The notes beneath the pieces are model-generated. The model saw nothing but the letters and a program-made list of their open reading frames with translations, was not told the origin of the DNA and did no database searches. A program made the position numbers and the translations under genes. From Anthoceros angustus (taxonomy: Eukaryota; Plantae; Anthocerotophyta): 64,000 nucleotides of DNA. Of this stretch, positions 1 to 11,997 are shown piece after piece. The first letter of the stretch is position 1; each line of letters begins with the position of its first letter. The DNA lies in the NCBI GenBank assembly GCA_010909165.1, contig MU008161.1:124001-188000 (forward strand), written 5' to 3'.

Positions 1-625
1 AGAAATGATCCACCAGCAGCGGCTCTCCTGCTGCCTGCCATTCTGGCAAGCTTCCCCCCAACAGCCAGCTTCCTCAGCCCACCGTCCAGGTTCTTCTTCC
101 TCCAGGAATCTGGAATCAGCAGGACGCTATGGAGTACCGAATGATCAGTTGTGAAATCAAAATCTCTCTAGACATACCGTCCCACCGTGAACTTTGTTTC
201 GGAGTGCCAAGGGAGTATCAAAACGAACCAATGCAGCATTTGCAAAATCGGAAGCTTGGATGCAGCCAAGGTGGCTGGGACAATACCTAGTGATCTGTTT
301 TCTGGCCTCGAGCGCGGATGCTGAAAGCGAGGCGCTTCGAGTAAACGCGTCGGGCCTCATCCTCGTCGGCGGACCGCTCGGGTCCCGACAGTTCAGCCTG
401 CCTGCAACAGTCGTCACCCAGAAGTCCGCGTCCCAACTGCAGAGCGTTCGGTAAGCGTCATGCTAATCCGCAGCTTCCAACTGACCCGAGGTAGATGTGT
501 AATGAGGGCCGTTCTTGCAGGAAACCAGTGGGCACGATCCCACCCACGTAAACTGTGTACAGGAATAAACCTGCACCTCTTGTTGCCGCATTCTCTTCCG
601 AAAGCCCCAATACCGTACCTTGAGG

Positions 626-3600
626 GGTGGTTCAACAGGATAATGCCGAAATAATTATTTTTTGAAAAATAAGGTTCAACATAAATATTTATATTTTTAA
701 ATTTTCAATATTTATGAAAAATAATCTTCTCAAATTTTAATATCTATTAAAATACATAGGTATTTATATAGAACTAATGGATATGTATAGACCTCCCTAA
801 ACAGCCCTTTTTCCATTTTAAATAAAAGAATTTAGCCTTGCATGAGAAGCATGCACTGGATCTAGTTAGTAAGTTGTAAGTAGTGGTGGTAAGACTTAGC
901 TTAGGGCTTAAGGAAGAAAGTCTGCTTTTAGCATTACTTTGAAATGATGTAAGCCTCCTATATAAGGAGATGAGGCTAGCCCTAGAGATATATCTTGTGA
1001 TCCTAGCATGGGAGCTACACTCTTGAGGATAGGACTTTGGAGCCTAAAGGCCTTGGGAGCCGGAGTGTGAGCATGTCTAGAAGGATCCTAGCACTTGGGA
1101 GCTACACTCTTGTGAGGATAGGACTTTGGTGCCTAGAGGCTTTGGAGCCTAGAGTGAGCGTGCTAGAGGAGAGCTGAGGAGGAGATCGAGGGAGAGCTAA
1201 GCTCCTAGCTTAGGCAAAGATGGGAGCTCTCTCGATCTCTCATGTATTCTTGTTGACTCTTCTGGAATAAATAGCAGCGCAGATGCCGTGCGAGTCGTCC
1301 GTGGAAGGACGGCGGGCTACTTGGAGGCCTAGTGGTGTCTGGTGATGTTTTTGTCGCTAATCGCGTGATCGCCCCACCTCGAAAAGGGGTGTTACTTGTG
1401 GTATCGAGCTCAAGGTTGAAGCATCTTTTAGCTAGGACGCTAGCCGGAGATGGCCGATCTCAAGAGCCAGGAGGCGAGAGAATACGGCGAAGAAAGAGAA
1501 GGCTCCTATGGTGGAGACCCAGTGGATGAGCCTCGGATGGAGCCACTAATCGGAACGGCAGAGGCATACCTGGGTCAAGACCGTCACCATGCCGCAAGAG
1601 GAGCTTCAAAATCTTTTGAGGAGAATGGAAGCTCTAGAGCAACAAGTACAAGGAAAAAGAAAGCTCGATGAAGCATAGAAGGATGATGAACAGGACGAAT
1701 TGGAGCCTGGCCCAGAAAAGAGTAGAGCAAGGAGACCCAAGAAGTTGAGGCTAAGCGTTCAGCCCCCAGATAGGTATAAGGGTGAACGAGATGTGGAGAA
1801 AATCAATTCGTGGTTTTTCTCATTGGAAGGATACTTTCTGTCGCAAAGGATTCCGCAGGAAGAGTATCTAGATCACATCGTTAACTTCTTAGAAGGGTAC
1901 GCTCTTACTTGGTGGAGAACTTATGTTCAGAGTATTGAACAGGGTAATAGAGTGGAAACTATTTCCACCTGGGCAGAATTCAAAGATGCACTGCAACTTC
2001 AATTCCAGCCAACTAATGCATCTATCTTGGCAAGAAGGATGCTAGAGAATGTGAAGCACAGGAATGTTGCGTATGTGAGTGAATTTAGCATTGTGTTACA
2101 ATGCCCGATATGCGTGGAGGTGGATAAGCTCCATGGTTTTATAGTGGACTCAAAGGTGGGCTCGGATAGAATTCGATGACAAACCTCAAACTCGCGAGAG
2201 GCTATTATGGCGCAGATGCGATACGACACAAGTCGCCGAGGAAGCACCGGTGTCTTTCGGAGGAAGGTATCCAAGATCTTTTCAAGGAAGATCACGAGGT
2301 AGAGGAAGAGCCACCAACACCGGGCATATTGGAACAAATGATAATGTTGGCGGAGAGGAAGAGGAAGAGGAGCCAATAGAGGTCGTGGCCGTGGAAGCCA
2401 AAGGACGACAGCCCTCAATTTGCGCGTGCTTGTGGAGAGCAAGGACACTTTGCGAAAGATTGTCCGCATCGGGAATTCCCAACGAATGTGATAGCCGCCA
2501 ATCCTCAAGCTCCGGACTTAGGATTCGTGAGCTTCTGCAGAGCCCAAATGACGCGGGCCACATGTTGTGGTGACGATGTGGTGAGTCATCTAGTGTCAAG
2601 GATGACACTATTTTGAGGGAAGGTGGAGCCCTTATGTACATATGTGGAAAGATGAATGGCTTAGAAGTAGAGTTATTGTTGGACTCGCCACCCACAATTT
2701 TATAACTCGCAAGGCGAAAGAGCTTGGGCTAGAATGGGCTAGTACTTCCGCGCCATATGGAATCAAGCAAGCTAAAGGAACTCTGCTTTTCTTGGGTGAA
2801 TTGCATGGAGTAAAGCTGCAAATAGAAGCGTGGGAAGGATACATGAGTTTCACGATTGTAGACATGGATGACCATGATGTTATCTTGGGTCTAGAGTGGA
2901 TGAAATCCAATGAAGTGCGTGTAGATGTGAAGTCCCGCACCATTGAGATATTGAAGAATGGAAAGCACAAGGTGGTTTGTGCTAATCTTAGTCAAGCTTG
3001 AGATGTGCTCGACAGTTGATTTCAAAAGAGAGCTCAAGCGGGACATAAGAAGAAGGAGCTTTATCTAGTTATGCTCCGTGGATTAGAGGATGGTCTTGAG
3101 GAAGAATCCTCAAGAGAAAGACATCCCAAGGAATTACAGTGTCTTGGATGACTTTAAGGATTTGATGCGATGAATTGCCACCTTTACCGTCTCATAGAGT
3201 AGTAGATCATGAGATTGAATTGAGGCTGTGAGTACGCCTCGTTGAGAGCACCATATAGATTGTCGTAGGATGAGCTACGGGAACTCAAGCGACAACTATC
3301 CAACCGGCAAAGGGATATATCAGAGTCTCTAAGTCTCCTTTTGGTGCGCCGGTATTGTTTACGCGCAAGAAGAATGGAGGACTAAGGATGTGTTTAGATT
3401 ACAGAGCTCTGAATCAAATTACAGTGAAGAATGCATATCCTTTGCCAAGAATGGATGATATGTTTGACAGGTTGAAGGGTGCCAAGTATTTCACCAAGCT
3501 AGATCTGATGGCGGGGTACTATCAGATCAGAATCGCAGAGGGACATGAGTACAAAACAGCTTGTAGGACCAGGTATGGGGCTTTTGAATTTCTGGTCATG

Positions 3601-6588
3601 CCATTTGGACTTACTAATGCACTGCCACATTTCGACACTTATGAATACTATATTCATAGATCCGGTGGACAAGTGTGTTGTAATCTATCCGGATGACATT
3701 TTGATCTTTAGCCATACCTTGGAGGAACATGAACACTTAAGAGAAGTGTTACAGCTAAGAGAGAATTCTTTGTTCTTGGCAATTAAGAAGTGTGACTTTG
3801 TCAAGAGAGGTAGCTTTCTTAGGCTTTATTGTCTCTGATGGCATCGAATGGATCCGATAAGGTGAGGGCCATTCAAGATTGGCAACCTCCTAGGAACATT
3901 CATGAGGTTCGCAGCTTTTATGGGTTTGGCTTCGTAGGAGATTTGTACATGTTTGCTAAGATAGCAGCCCCATAACGACCTCTTAAAGATGACGAAGCTT
4001 GGAAGTGGGATCTGAATGTCAAGCGACATTTTGAATACTTGAAGATGAAATTGAGTACAACTCGGTTTTAGGAATGTATGATCCCAAGAAGGATGTGGAA
4101 GTGTCTGATGCCTCGACGTGGCCATAGGTGGAGTGTTGATGCAAGACCATAAGCGATAGCTTTTGAGTCAAGGAAATTGCATCCTTATGAGTTGAAGTAT
4201 CCCACCTATGAGAAGGAAATGACCGCCATTCATTGTCAAGGTATGGAGACACTATCTCTTGGGCGATCTTTTGTGCTCTATATCGATAATATCGACAACA
4301 TACTTCTCTAACCAGTTGAAGTTGAATGCAAGACAAGCTAGATGGCAAGATTTCCTAGCTATGTATGATGTGACTCTCAAGTATAAACCTGGAAAAGAGA
4401 ATAAGGTTGCGGATGCGCTGAGTCGCAAAAAGAGTCAGGAAGTAAAGGCAATGGCAATGCTGGTTGAACCTATGGACACTCACAAACAGATCAAGGAAGC
4501 ATATCTGCAGGATCCAGATGTTCAGGACTGGATTAATGGAATAGAGCAGAAAGGAAGCAAGTTCAAATTGAGGGATGGTTTGTTGATATACAAACAGAGG
4601 AGGATTGTGATCCCAAATTCTTCAGAGTTGAAGAGCAAATTGCTTGAATGTCATGATGTGCCAAGTGCAGTCACCGTGGAATTGACCCCACTTATGAGAA
4701 GCTAATTGCTATCGCCGGAATGTATCAAGATACATGGATTATGTCAAGGCATGTCTGTTTGTCGAAGATAAGGTGGAGCAAGCTAAACCAAGAGGTTTGC
4801 TACTACCTATTCCAAGTGGACCTTGGAAGAGTATCTCTATGGATTTTATCATGCCTTTGCCACCCAAAGAATGGTTGTACAGCTATCATGATGGTGGTGG
4901 ATAGATTCACCAAACAAGCACATTTCATCCCTACAAAGAAGCGAGTGGCCCGAGGTAGCCACTTGTTTAAGAAGTATATATACAAGTACCATGGCTTACC
5001 TATGCATTGTGAGTGAGGATCCAAGGTTCACGGAGAATTTTGGCAGCATTTGATGAAATGCTTGAATGTGGAATTATGTATGAGCACGACTTTCCATCCG
5101 GACATCGATGGCTCAACGAGCGAGTCAACCGAATCCAAGAAGAATACTTAAGGCATTATGTGCATTGATCGGAGGATTGGGTGATCATCTAGACGATGCG
5201 AATTTTGTTATAACAACACGCACTCTCTTGGATGTAGTCCTTTTGAGATGGGAGGAAATTGACCGGATGTGGTATCCATGCTAAATGCTGAAGTTTTCGA
5301 TACTACCACTAGAGATCCACGCCGATTCATTGAGCAGTTGAAGGCTAGGCATGAGATTGCCAAAGGAATTTTAGCCAAGGCTCAAGCACGTCAGAAGAAA
5401 TATGCTGATAGGCACAGGAGAGAAACTGTCTTCAACGTTGGGGATAAAGTATGGGTGAAATTGAAGCATTTCCCATTACCTCAAGGATTAACTCTTAAGT
5501 TAAGGCCAAGATATGGTGGTCCATTTGTAGTCTTGAAGCGCATTGGAGAAGTGGCTTACAAGTTACTACTGGATTTTTGCACACAATGTGTTTCATGTAT
5601 CACTCGAAACCATTTGTGCTGTGCAAAGAGAAAGAAGACATGGACAAGAAGAAGCAGTGTTCTCGTGCAAAGATAATCAAGGATGGGAAATTGAGGAATT
5701 CCTTGCGAGAGTAGCGTGCCTACAAAGCGTGGAATCGTACCACGATATGGTAAAGTTGCGTGGGATCTCGATCCGCTTTGGGTAACGTTAGAGGATATTC
5801 GAGAAAGGATCCTGGATGATCTCTCGTCGTTGGCTATCATCGAGGATGTGATTCTTTTCGATGGGGAGAAAGTAACAGCCTTGCATGAGAAGCATGCACG
5901 GATCTAGTTAGTAAGTTGTAAGTAGTGGTGGTAAGACTTAGCTTAGGGCTTAAGGAAGAAAGTGCTTTTAGCGTTACTTTGGAAATGATGTAAGCCTCCT
6001 ATATAAGGAGATGAGGCTAGCCCTAGAGATATATCTTGTGATCCTAGCATGGGAGCTACACTCTTGAGGATAGGACTTTGGAGCCTAAAGGCCTTGGGAG
6101 CCTAGGTGAGCATGTCAGAAGGATCCTAGCACTTGGGAGCTACACTCTTGTGAGGATAGGACTTTGGTGCCTAGAGGCCTTGGGAGCCTAGAGTGTGAGC
6201 GTGCTAGAGGAGAGCTGGAGGAGGAGATCGAGGGAGAGAGCTAAGCTCCTAGCTTAGGCAAAGATGGGGAGCTCTCGATCTCTCATGTATTCTTGTTGAC
6301 TCTTGCTGGAATAAATAGCAGCAGATGTGCCGACTGAGTCGTCCGTGGAAGGACGGCGGGCTACTTGGAGGCCTAGTCTTTGGTGTCCGGTGATGTTTTA
6401 TCGCTAATCGCGGATCGCCCCACCTCATAAAGGGGTGTTACTCAAACCCTAGTTTCCTCATTCTCGGCATCTTAAACTCATAAATTTTTACATATTCAAT
6501 ATTATAAGTATAATAATTTCTGGATTTTCAAATTTCACTAATTTTAATTAATTAATACCGATCATCCCTGGCGGCATGGTATTCGGAA
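626..6588. mobile_element. AT-rich unclassified insertion (probable DNA transposon remnant) hosting the gypsy element
   Basis: AT-rich non-coding DNA at 626-830 and 6442-6588 separates consecutive subtilase codons (PNTV | PNIIK); only weak terminal inverted similarity. Confidence 0.45.
830..6441 (+). mobile_element. Ty3/gypsy LTR retrotransposon, chromovirus-like, full length but frameshifted
   Basis: LTRs ~830-1395 and ~5872-6441 (each with an ~85-bp internal tandem duplication); PBS TGGTATCGAGC ~1399; PPT GATGGGGAGAAA ~5860; gag (WFFSLEGYF..LEGYALTWW, 1700-2100); CCHC knuckle CRACGEQGHFAKDCP (~2420-2465); protease (~2670-2950); RT ([25 protein letters not shown][10 protein letters not shown], YPDDIL; 3355-3800); RNase H (~4090-4420); integrase (IMMVVDRFTKQAHFIP; 4650-5570); chromodomain-like tail (EIEEFL..VKLRG..WVTLED; 5685-5800). 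Confidence 0.93.
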
Positions 6589-6671
6589 CCCAAACATCAT
6601 CAAGGTGACTCCTAACGTGCTCCTGTTTTCTATGCACAGCCGGACATTACAGCTCTAGGAGCCGACATTCT

Positions 6672-7220
6672 CACCAATAGAAATCATAGGTATGTTTGAA
6701 ATGTATTTCGACAAAAAATGTTGAAAAAGCATGTCGAATGAAAGAAAAGGACGTTGTTTCGACATTTCATGTTGGAATAGATATTAAAACGGAGATGTCA
6801 AAAGAGCAAAGCGTGAATTCGACATTCGGAAGTTGTTAAATAAATTACCAAATATAAGTTATTAAATAAACCATTGAAATAAAATATCTAATGTAAAGTA
6901 TCAAACAAGCTATCGAATGGAAACTGTCAATTGAATTAGTAATTATATAGACCAAATTGAATTATGCATTAGATTAACAAAAAAAAACTCCAATTACCCT
7001 CTTCCTGACAACGTGGGAGCCACGTCATCAATCCGTTGTTGTAAATGAGCACCCAAAAGAGTGCCACATCATCCAACTAGAAACCCCCGTTGTAAACCGA
7101 GTCTTAAAACTTGCCACATCAGCGAAACTCAAACCAATTTACAACGGAGGTGTTTAGACGTTGTAAAGATTGGGGGATTTGCAAAAGGGGTTTTGTAAAA
7201 CACCCCTCTCCCTAGTAGTG
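6672..7220. mobile_element. Short non-autonomous CACTA (En/Spm)-like element or remnant
   Basis: Right end ...CTCCCTAGTAGTG (= CACTACTAG reversed) at 7220; left end CACCAATAGAAAT (degenerate CACTA) at 6672; subterminal repeats TTTCGAC/GTCGAA on the left and (CCG)TTGTAAA/TTTACAACGG on the right; AT-rich core. Confidence 0.62.
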
Positions 7221-9140
7221 TCTTCTGCTGTCATTGGTGGATCTGGGACAAGGAAGGTGTCCTGGATAAACTGAGTCGAGTAAATGCTGCAGTTTCTCTC
7301 ATGACTTCAATATTGTTCTCATCGAACACGATATCGTAACTTTCATGCATCTACTAGCGACGGATCCCACAATCTGTAAGCCTTTCGCTCATTCGCATAA
7401 CCAATGAAGTCGCACTTGATGCTTCGCTGTCCAACTTCTTCCGCAGCTTGCTTAGGAACATGCACATATGCTACACAGCCAAACACTCTCAAGTGTGAGA
7501 CATTTGGTTTCTCACCAAACCAAGCTTCATGGGGTGTCATAGAGCCACCTAGCGCCATGGTAATTGACATATTCTCAGACGTGTACTACCGCATCGTGAC
7601 CGCCTAAAATATTTTGGCATCCTACTTTCCGCTAGCATACTCCTAGCGCCATTACAGATGGTGCGATTCTTCCGCTCGGCGATCCCTACCTGTTGCGGCG
7701 TGTACCTTGTCGCCAATCGCCTCACCCGCCGCATGCATTCATCCTTGAAGAGTTTACTCAAATACTCTCCTCCCCCATCAGTTCGAAGTTTCTTCAACTT
7801 CTTTCCTGTTTGTTTCTCCGCAGTCGCCCTGAACATCTGAAATGCTTGGAGAGCGTCACTCTTCTTCCGCAGGAAGTACACCGCTGTTCTCCTGCTGTAG
7901 TCGTCGATAAACGAAATATAGTATCTCGCCTGTATCATCCTTGCTTCCACTTGCATTGGTCCGCAAAGATCAGAGTGGACAAGTTCCAAGACTTCTTTTG
8001 CTCTTCGTGGATCAACATAAGACCTTCGAGGATGCTTGCCTTTCATACAAGCGCCAGGCTGTACTCAAGTTCTCCGCTCGAGCCGGCCCGCCACGAGCTT
8101 CTTCCGCCCATCTCCGTGAGAAACTTCAAGTTGGTATGCCAAACCGTCTATGCCACAAGAAGGCATTTCCACCTTTCTCCGATAATCGCCGAACCTCTTG
8201 GTCGTCGGGAACCTCCATCCGCATGTTCGTGACGGTGGCCTTTTGCCACCACATCGCCGCATCCGACCATTCTTCGAAACAAAACTTCCTTCTTCGTAAA
8301 AGGACCCGCACTGCGGCCGGTCAATGGTGCCACCGGACATGAGATTTCTACGAGGTGCGGTACAAACAGCCCCTTCCATTCCGGCATAGAGCGATATAGA
8401 AACATCTTCAGATGTCCTCCTCGATAGCAAATCGCCGTTAGTCGATGAAGCCGTGCCGGAAAGGTGTCGATGTGCCGCAAATCGCCTCCGCTCAATACTT
8501 CAATGTCGTCACATGACAAAACAAGTGAAATTTCACCGCCCTTGACCATATTTCATCGAGAAGATTCCAATGTACTGTGTCTTTGTCTCGCTCTCCAACC
8601 TTCACCGGATCGCCGCAGAGATTCATATATAGGAGAGTCAGACCCTTGTGGTCTCTCCGCATCCATTCTTTCTACTTTCTTCCCTCATCTTGGTTTCGCT
8701 CTTTGCCCTGCAATGCCGGCCTCCGCCATCGCCAGTAACCTTCATGGACCTTTTTCCATACATGGAACTCCGTTCCATCAAACACCTGCGTCCTTAAGGC
8801 CGCGGTGGTAACTGAGCCCATCGCCATCACAACTCCGCCCTCTTATCAAGTCTAGCCATTAGTGTTCTGCTCGATACCATGTAAGAACCAATTCGAAACA
8901 ACACGGCTGGCAACGCACGTGATCAACATAGTTAGTACACAAGCAGAGGCAATGGATGGCACACGCAATAGCACCACTGGCTTAGATAGGCTCCACAGTA
9001 CACCGATGGTGCAGGGGGTGCTACATATATAGCCCTTAGGCGGGGCAACTATCGAGGAGGTAAGCCCTAGTCTCGAGAGTGCAATATCCTAGTATATCCT
9101 AATAGACTGGAGTAAGTAGCAGAGGATTGAATCTCTAACA
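7221..9140 (-). mobile_element. Ty1/copia element, 5' portion only (LTR, PBS, deleted gag, GAG-pre, integrase)
   Basis: LTR 8880-9140 is the reverse complement of the LTR at 9900 (TGTTAGAGATTCAATCC...); PBS at ~8869-8879; LWHRRFG, LELVHSDLCGPM, YYISFIDDYSRRT, LRTDGGGEY, AERKNRTI, HLRVFGCVAYVHVP on the minus strand. Confidence 0.92.
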
Positions 9141-11997
9141 GCAACCCCTCATATTACAGGCATCGCTGCGCTGATTAAAGCCGTTCATCCTGATTGAATC
9201 TCTAATAGCAACCCCTCATATTATGTGCATCGCAGTCATGACAGCCGCTCATCCCGATCGAGCTCACGCCATCACCCGCCATCATGACCACGGTATCTTT
9301 GAAATCATCCGGGCAAAACTTGCCACTCCGAGCGCCGGGCCAAGAACGTTGTTGGTGTGCAAGCTTAGGATCTTGCCCCGTTCAACCCGGCAGCGCTCTT
9401 GACCCAGGCCTCGTCTACGACACCGATCCCAACGACTACATCGACTTCTTCTGCAACTTCAACCCCTCAGACCTGCTGCTGCAGAACTTCACAGGTATAT
9501 ATATACAGATCGCCACATGTTTTTATTTGTGCAGGTTTCACGAATGCGGTGGGTCTCGTTACATTACTATATTATATTTATAGCCCGCTAAGATACCGGG
9601 TCTCAAGATCGATGCATACAGCCCCCAAGATAACTCGAACTATTCGTCCATTGGAGTGGCCCAGCTGAATGGATCACAGACCATTGTCCGGACCCTCACC
9701 AACGTGGGTCCAGCCGGACACCTCAGCTACAATGTCTCCATGGATTGGAAGGAAGCCTCCGCAGTGTCCGTGGCTGTACACCCTCAAGGGCTGGAGTTCC
9801 AGTCTGTGGGGAAGAGGCTCTCGTACAATGTCACCTTTCAGGTACTGAAGCCCAGTTCTAGCGCGAGGACTGTCTGGGGCTCTCTGACGTGGTCCGACGT
9901 GTTAGAGATTCAATCCTCTGCTACTTACTCTAGTATATTAGGATATACTAGGATATTGCACTATCGAGTCTAGGGCTTACCTCCTCGATAGTTGCCTAGC
10001 CTAAGGGCTATATATGTAGCACCGTGCACCATCGATCGTGTACCGTGGAGCCTATCTAAGCCGGGCAGCGGTGCGCAGCCATCCATTGCCTCCGCCAGTT
10101 CGCTAACCGTGTTGATCTCGTGCGCGGCTCTGACCGTGTTGTGTCGAGCTAGTTCTTTCATGGTATCGAGCGGAACACTAATGGCGAGACTTGATAAGAG
10201 GACGGAGTTGTGATGGCGATGGCATGGGCTAACCACCGCGCCTTGAGGACGCGGGTGTTTGATGGAACGGAGTTCCATGTATGGAAAAGGTCCATGAAGG
10301 TTCTGCTGATGGCAGAGGACGCGTATGGCATTGCCAAGGGCAAAGAGCCGAAACCCGAAGATGAGGGGAGAGAGCAGAGAGAATGGATGCGGAGAGACCA
10401 CAAGGATACAGCTCTCCTATATATGAATCTCTCTACGGCAGTCCAGCTGAAGGTCGGAGAACCAGACAAGGGCACGGAGTACATTTGGAATCTTCTCAAT
10501 GAGAAATATGGCCAGAAGGGAGCAAGTGAAGTATTTCACTTGTTTTGTCGTGTGACGACATTGAAGTATTCGACGGAGACGACGTAAAGCACATCGACAC
10601 CTTTCACGAATCGCTTGGCTAGCATCGCCTAACGAGCGCTTTGCTATCCGAGGACATGTAAGATGTTTCTATATCGTTCTATGCGAAGCTTGGTCGGTTC
10701 ATAGATTTCTAATAGCCCAAGACACTCTCACATGGGAGGAGGTCACCTCTAAGATGTTGGCGAAGGAGACTCGCCATTGGACGCAATGGCGGGATCTTCA
10801 ACAGTCCGGAGCATGCGATGTTCATCAAGGGAAGGGACGGAACAACCGAACAAGGACAAGGTGGGGAGTCCCCAGGGACAAGGACAAGAGAATAGTGAAG
10901 AGGGATGGTCAAATGCTTCAAGTATGGTCATTATGAGAAGGATTGCAAGGATCGAAGACCGCACATCTCACTGAGGGTGAGAGTAAAGGTGAGGTTGGAG
11001 GCAACGCCGCAGAAGAAGTATCGCACGCGTGCTACAATACAGAAGCGAAATGATACCTGACGATAGATTCTGCATGTACATCCTTTATGGTGAAGGATAA
11101 GGAGCCCTTCAAGACTACAGAGGGAGAAGACACAGCGCCTAGGGAACGACGAGATAGGCCGAGGGTGTGGGGAGTACAGCTCGATTGCTCGACGGCGAGG
11201 TCAAGGCAATGGAAGGAGCGCTTGTACCGCACCTACGAGAAATCTCATGTCCGTGGCACCATTGACCGACGCAGTCCGTGTCCTTTTACGAAGAAGGAAG
11301 TTTTGTTTCAAGAATGGTCGATGCACGCGATGTGGTGGCAAAAGGCCACCGTGACAGGAACTTGTACCGATGGAGGTTCCCGACGACCAAGAGGTTACGG
11401 CGGTGTCGGAGAAAGGTGGAAATGCCTTCTTGTGGCATAGGCGGTTTGGGCATACCAACTTGAAGTTTCTCACGGAGATGGAGCGGAAGAAGCTCGTGAT
11501 GCATGGAGCTCCGTAGGCGTAACTTGGTCTATGACGCTTGTATGAAAGGCAAGCATCCTCAAGGTCTTATGTTTTTGATCACGAAGAGAGCAAAAGAAGT
11601 CTTGGAACTTGTCCACTCGATCTTTGCGGACCAATGCAAGTGGAAGCAAGGATGATACAAAGTAGATACTATATTTCGTTTATCGGCGACTGACAGAGAA
11701 TACGTGTACTTCCTGCGGAAGAAGAGTGACGCCTCCAAGCATTTCGATGTTGAGGCGATTGCGGAGAAACAAACAGAAGAAGTTGAAGAAACTTGATGAT
11801 GGGGAGGAGAGTATTTGAGTAAACTCTTCAAGGATGAATGCACTGACGGCGGAATTGAGAGGCGCTTGACGACAAGGTACACGCCCAGCGAGGGATCGTG
11901 GCGGAAGAATCGTACCATCGTAATGGCGCTAGGAGTATGCTAGCGGAAAGTAGGATGCCAAAATATTTTAGGCGGATCTCAATGTGGCGTACGCATG

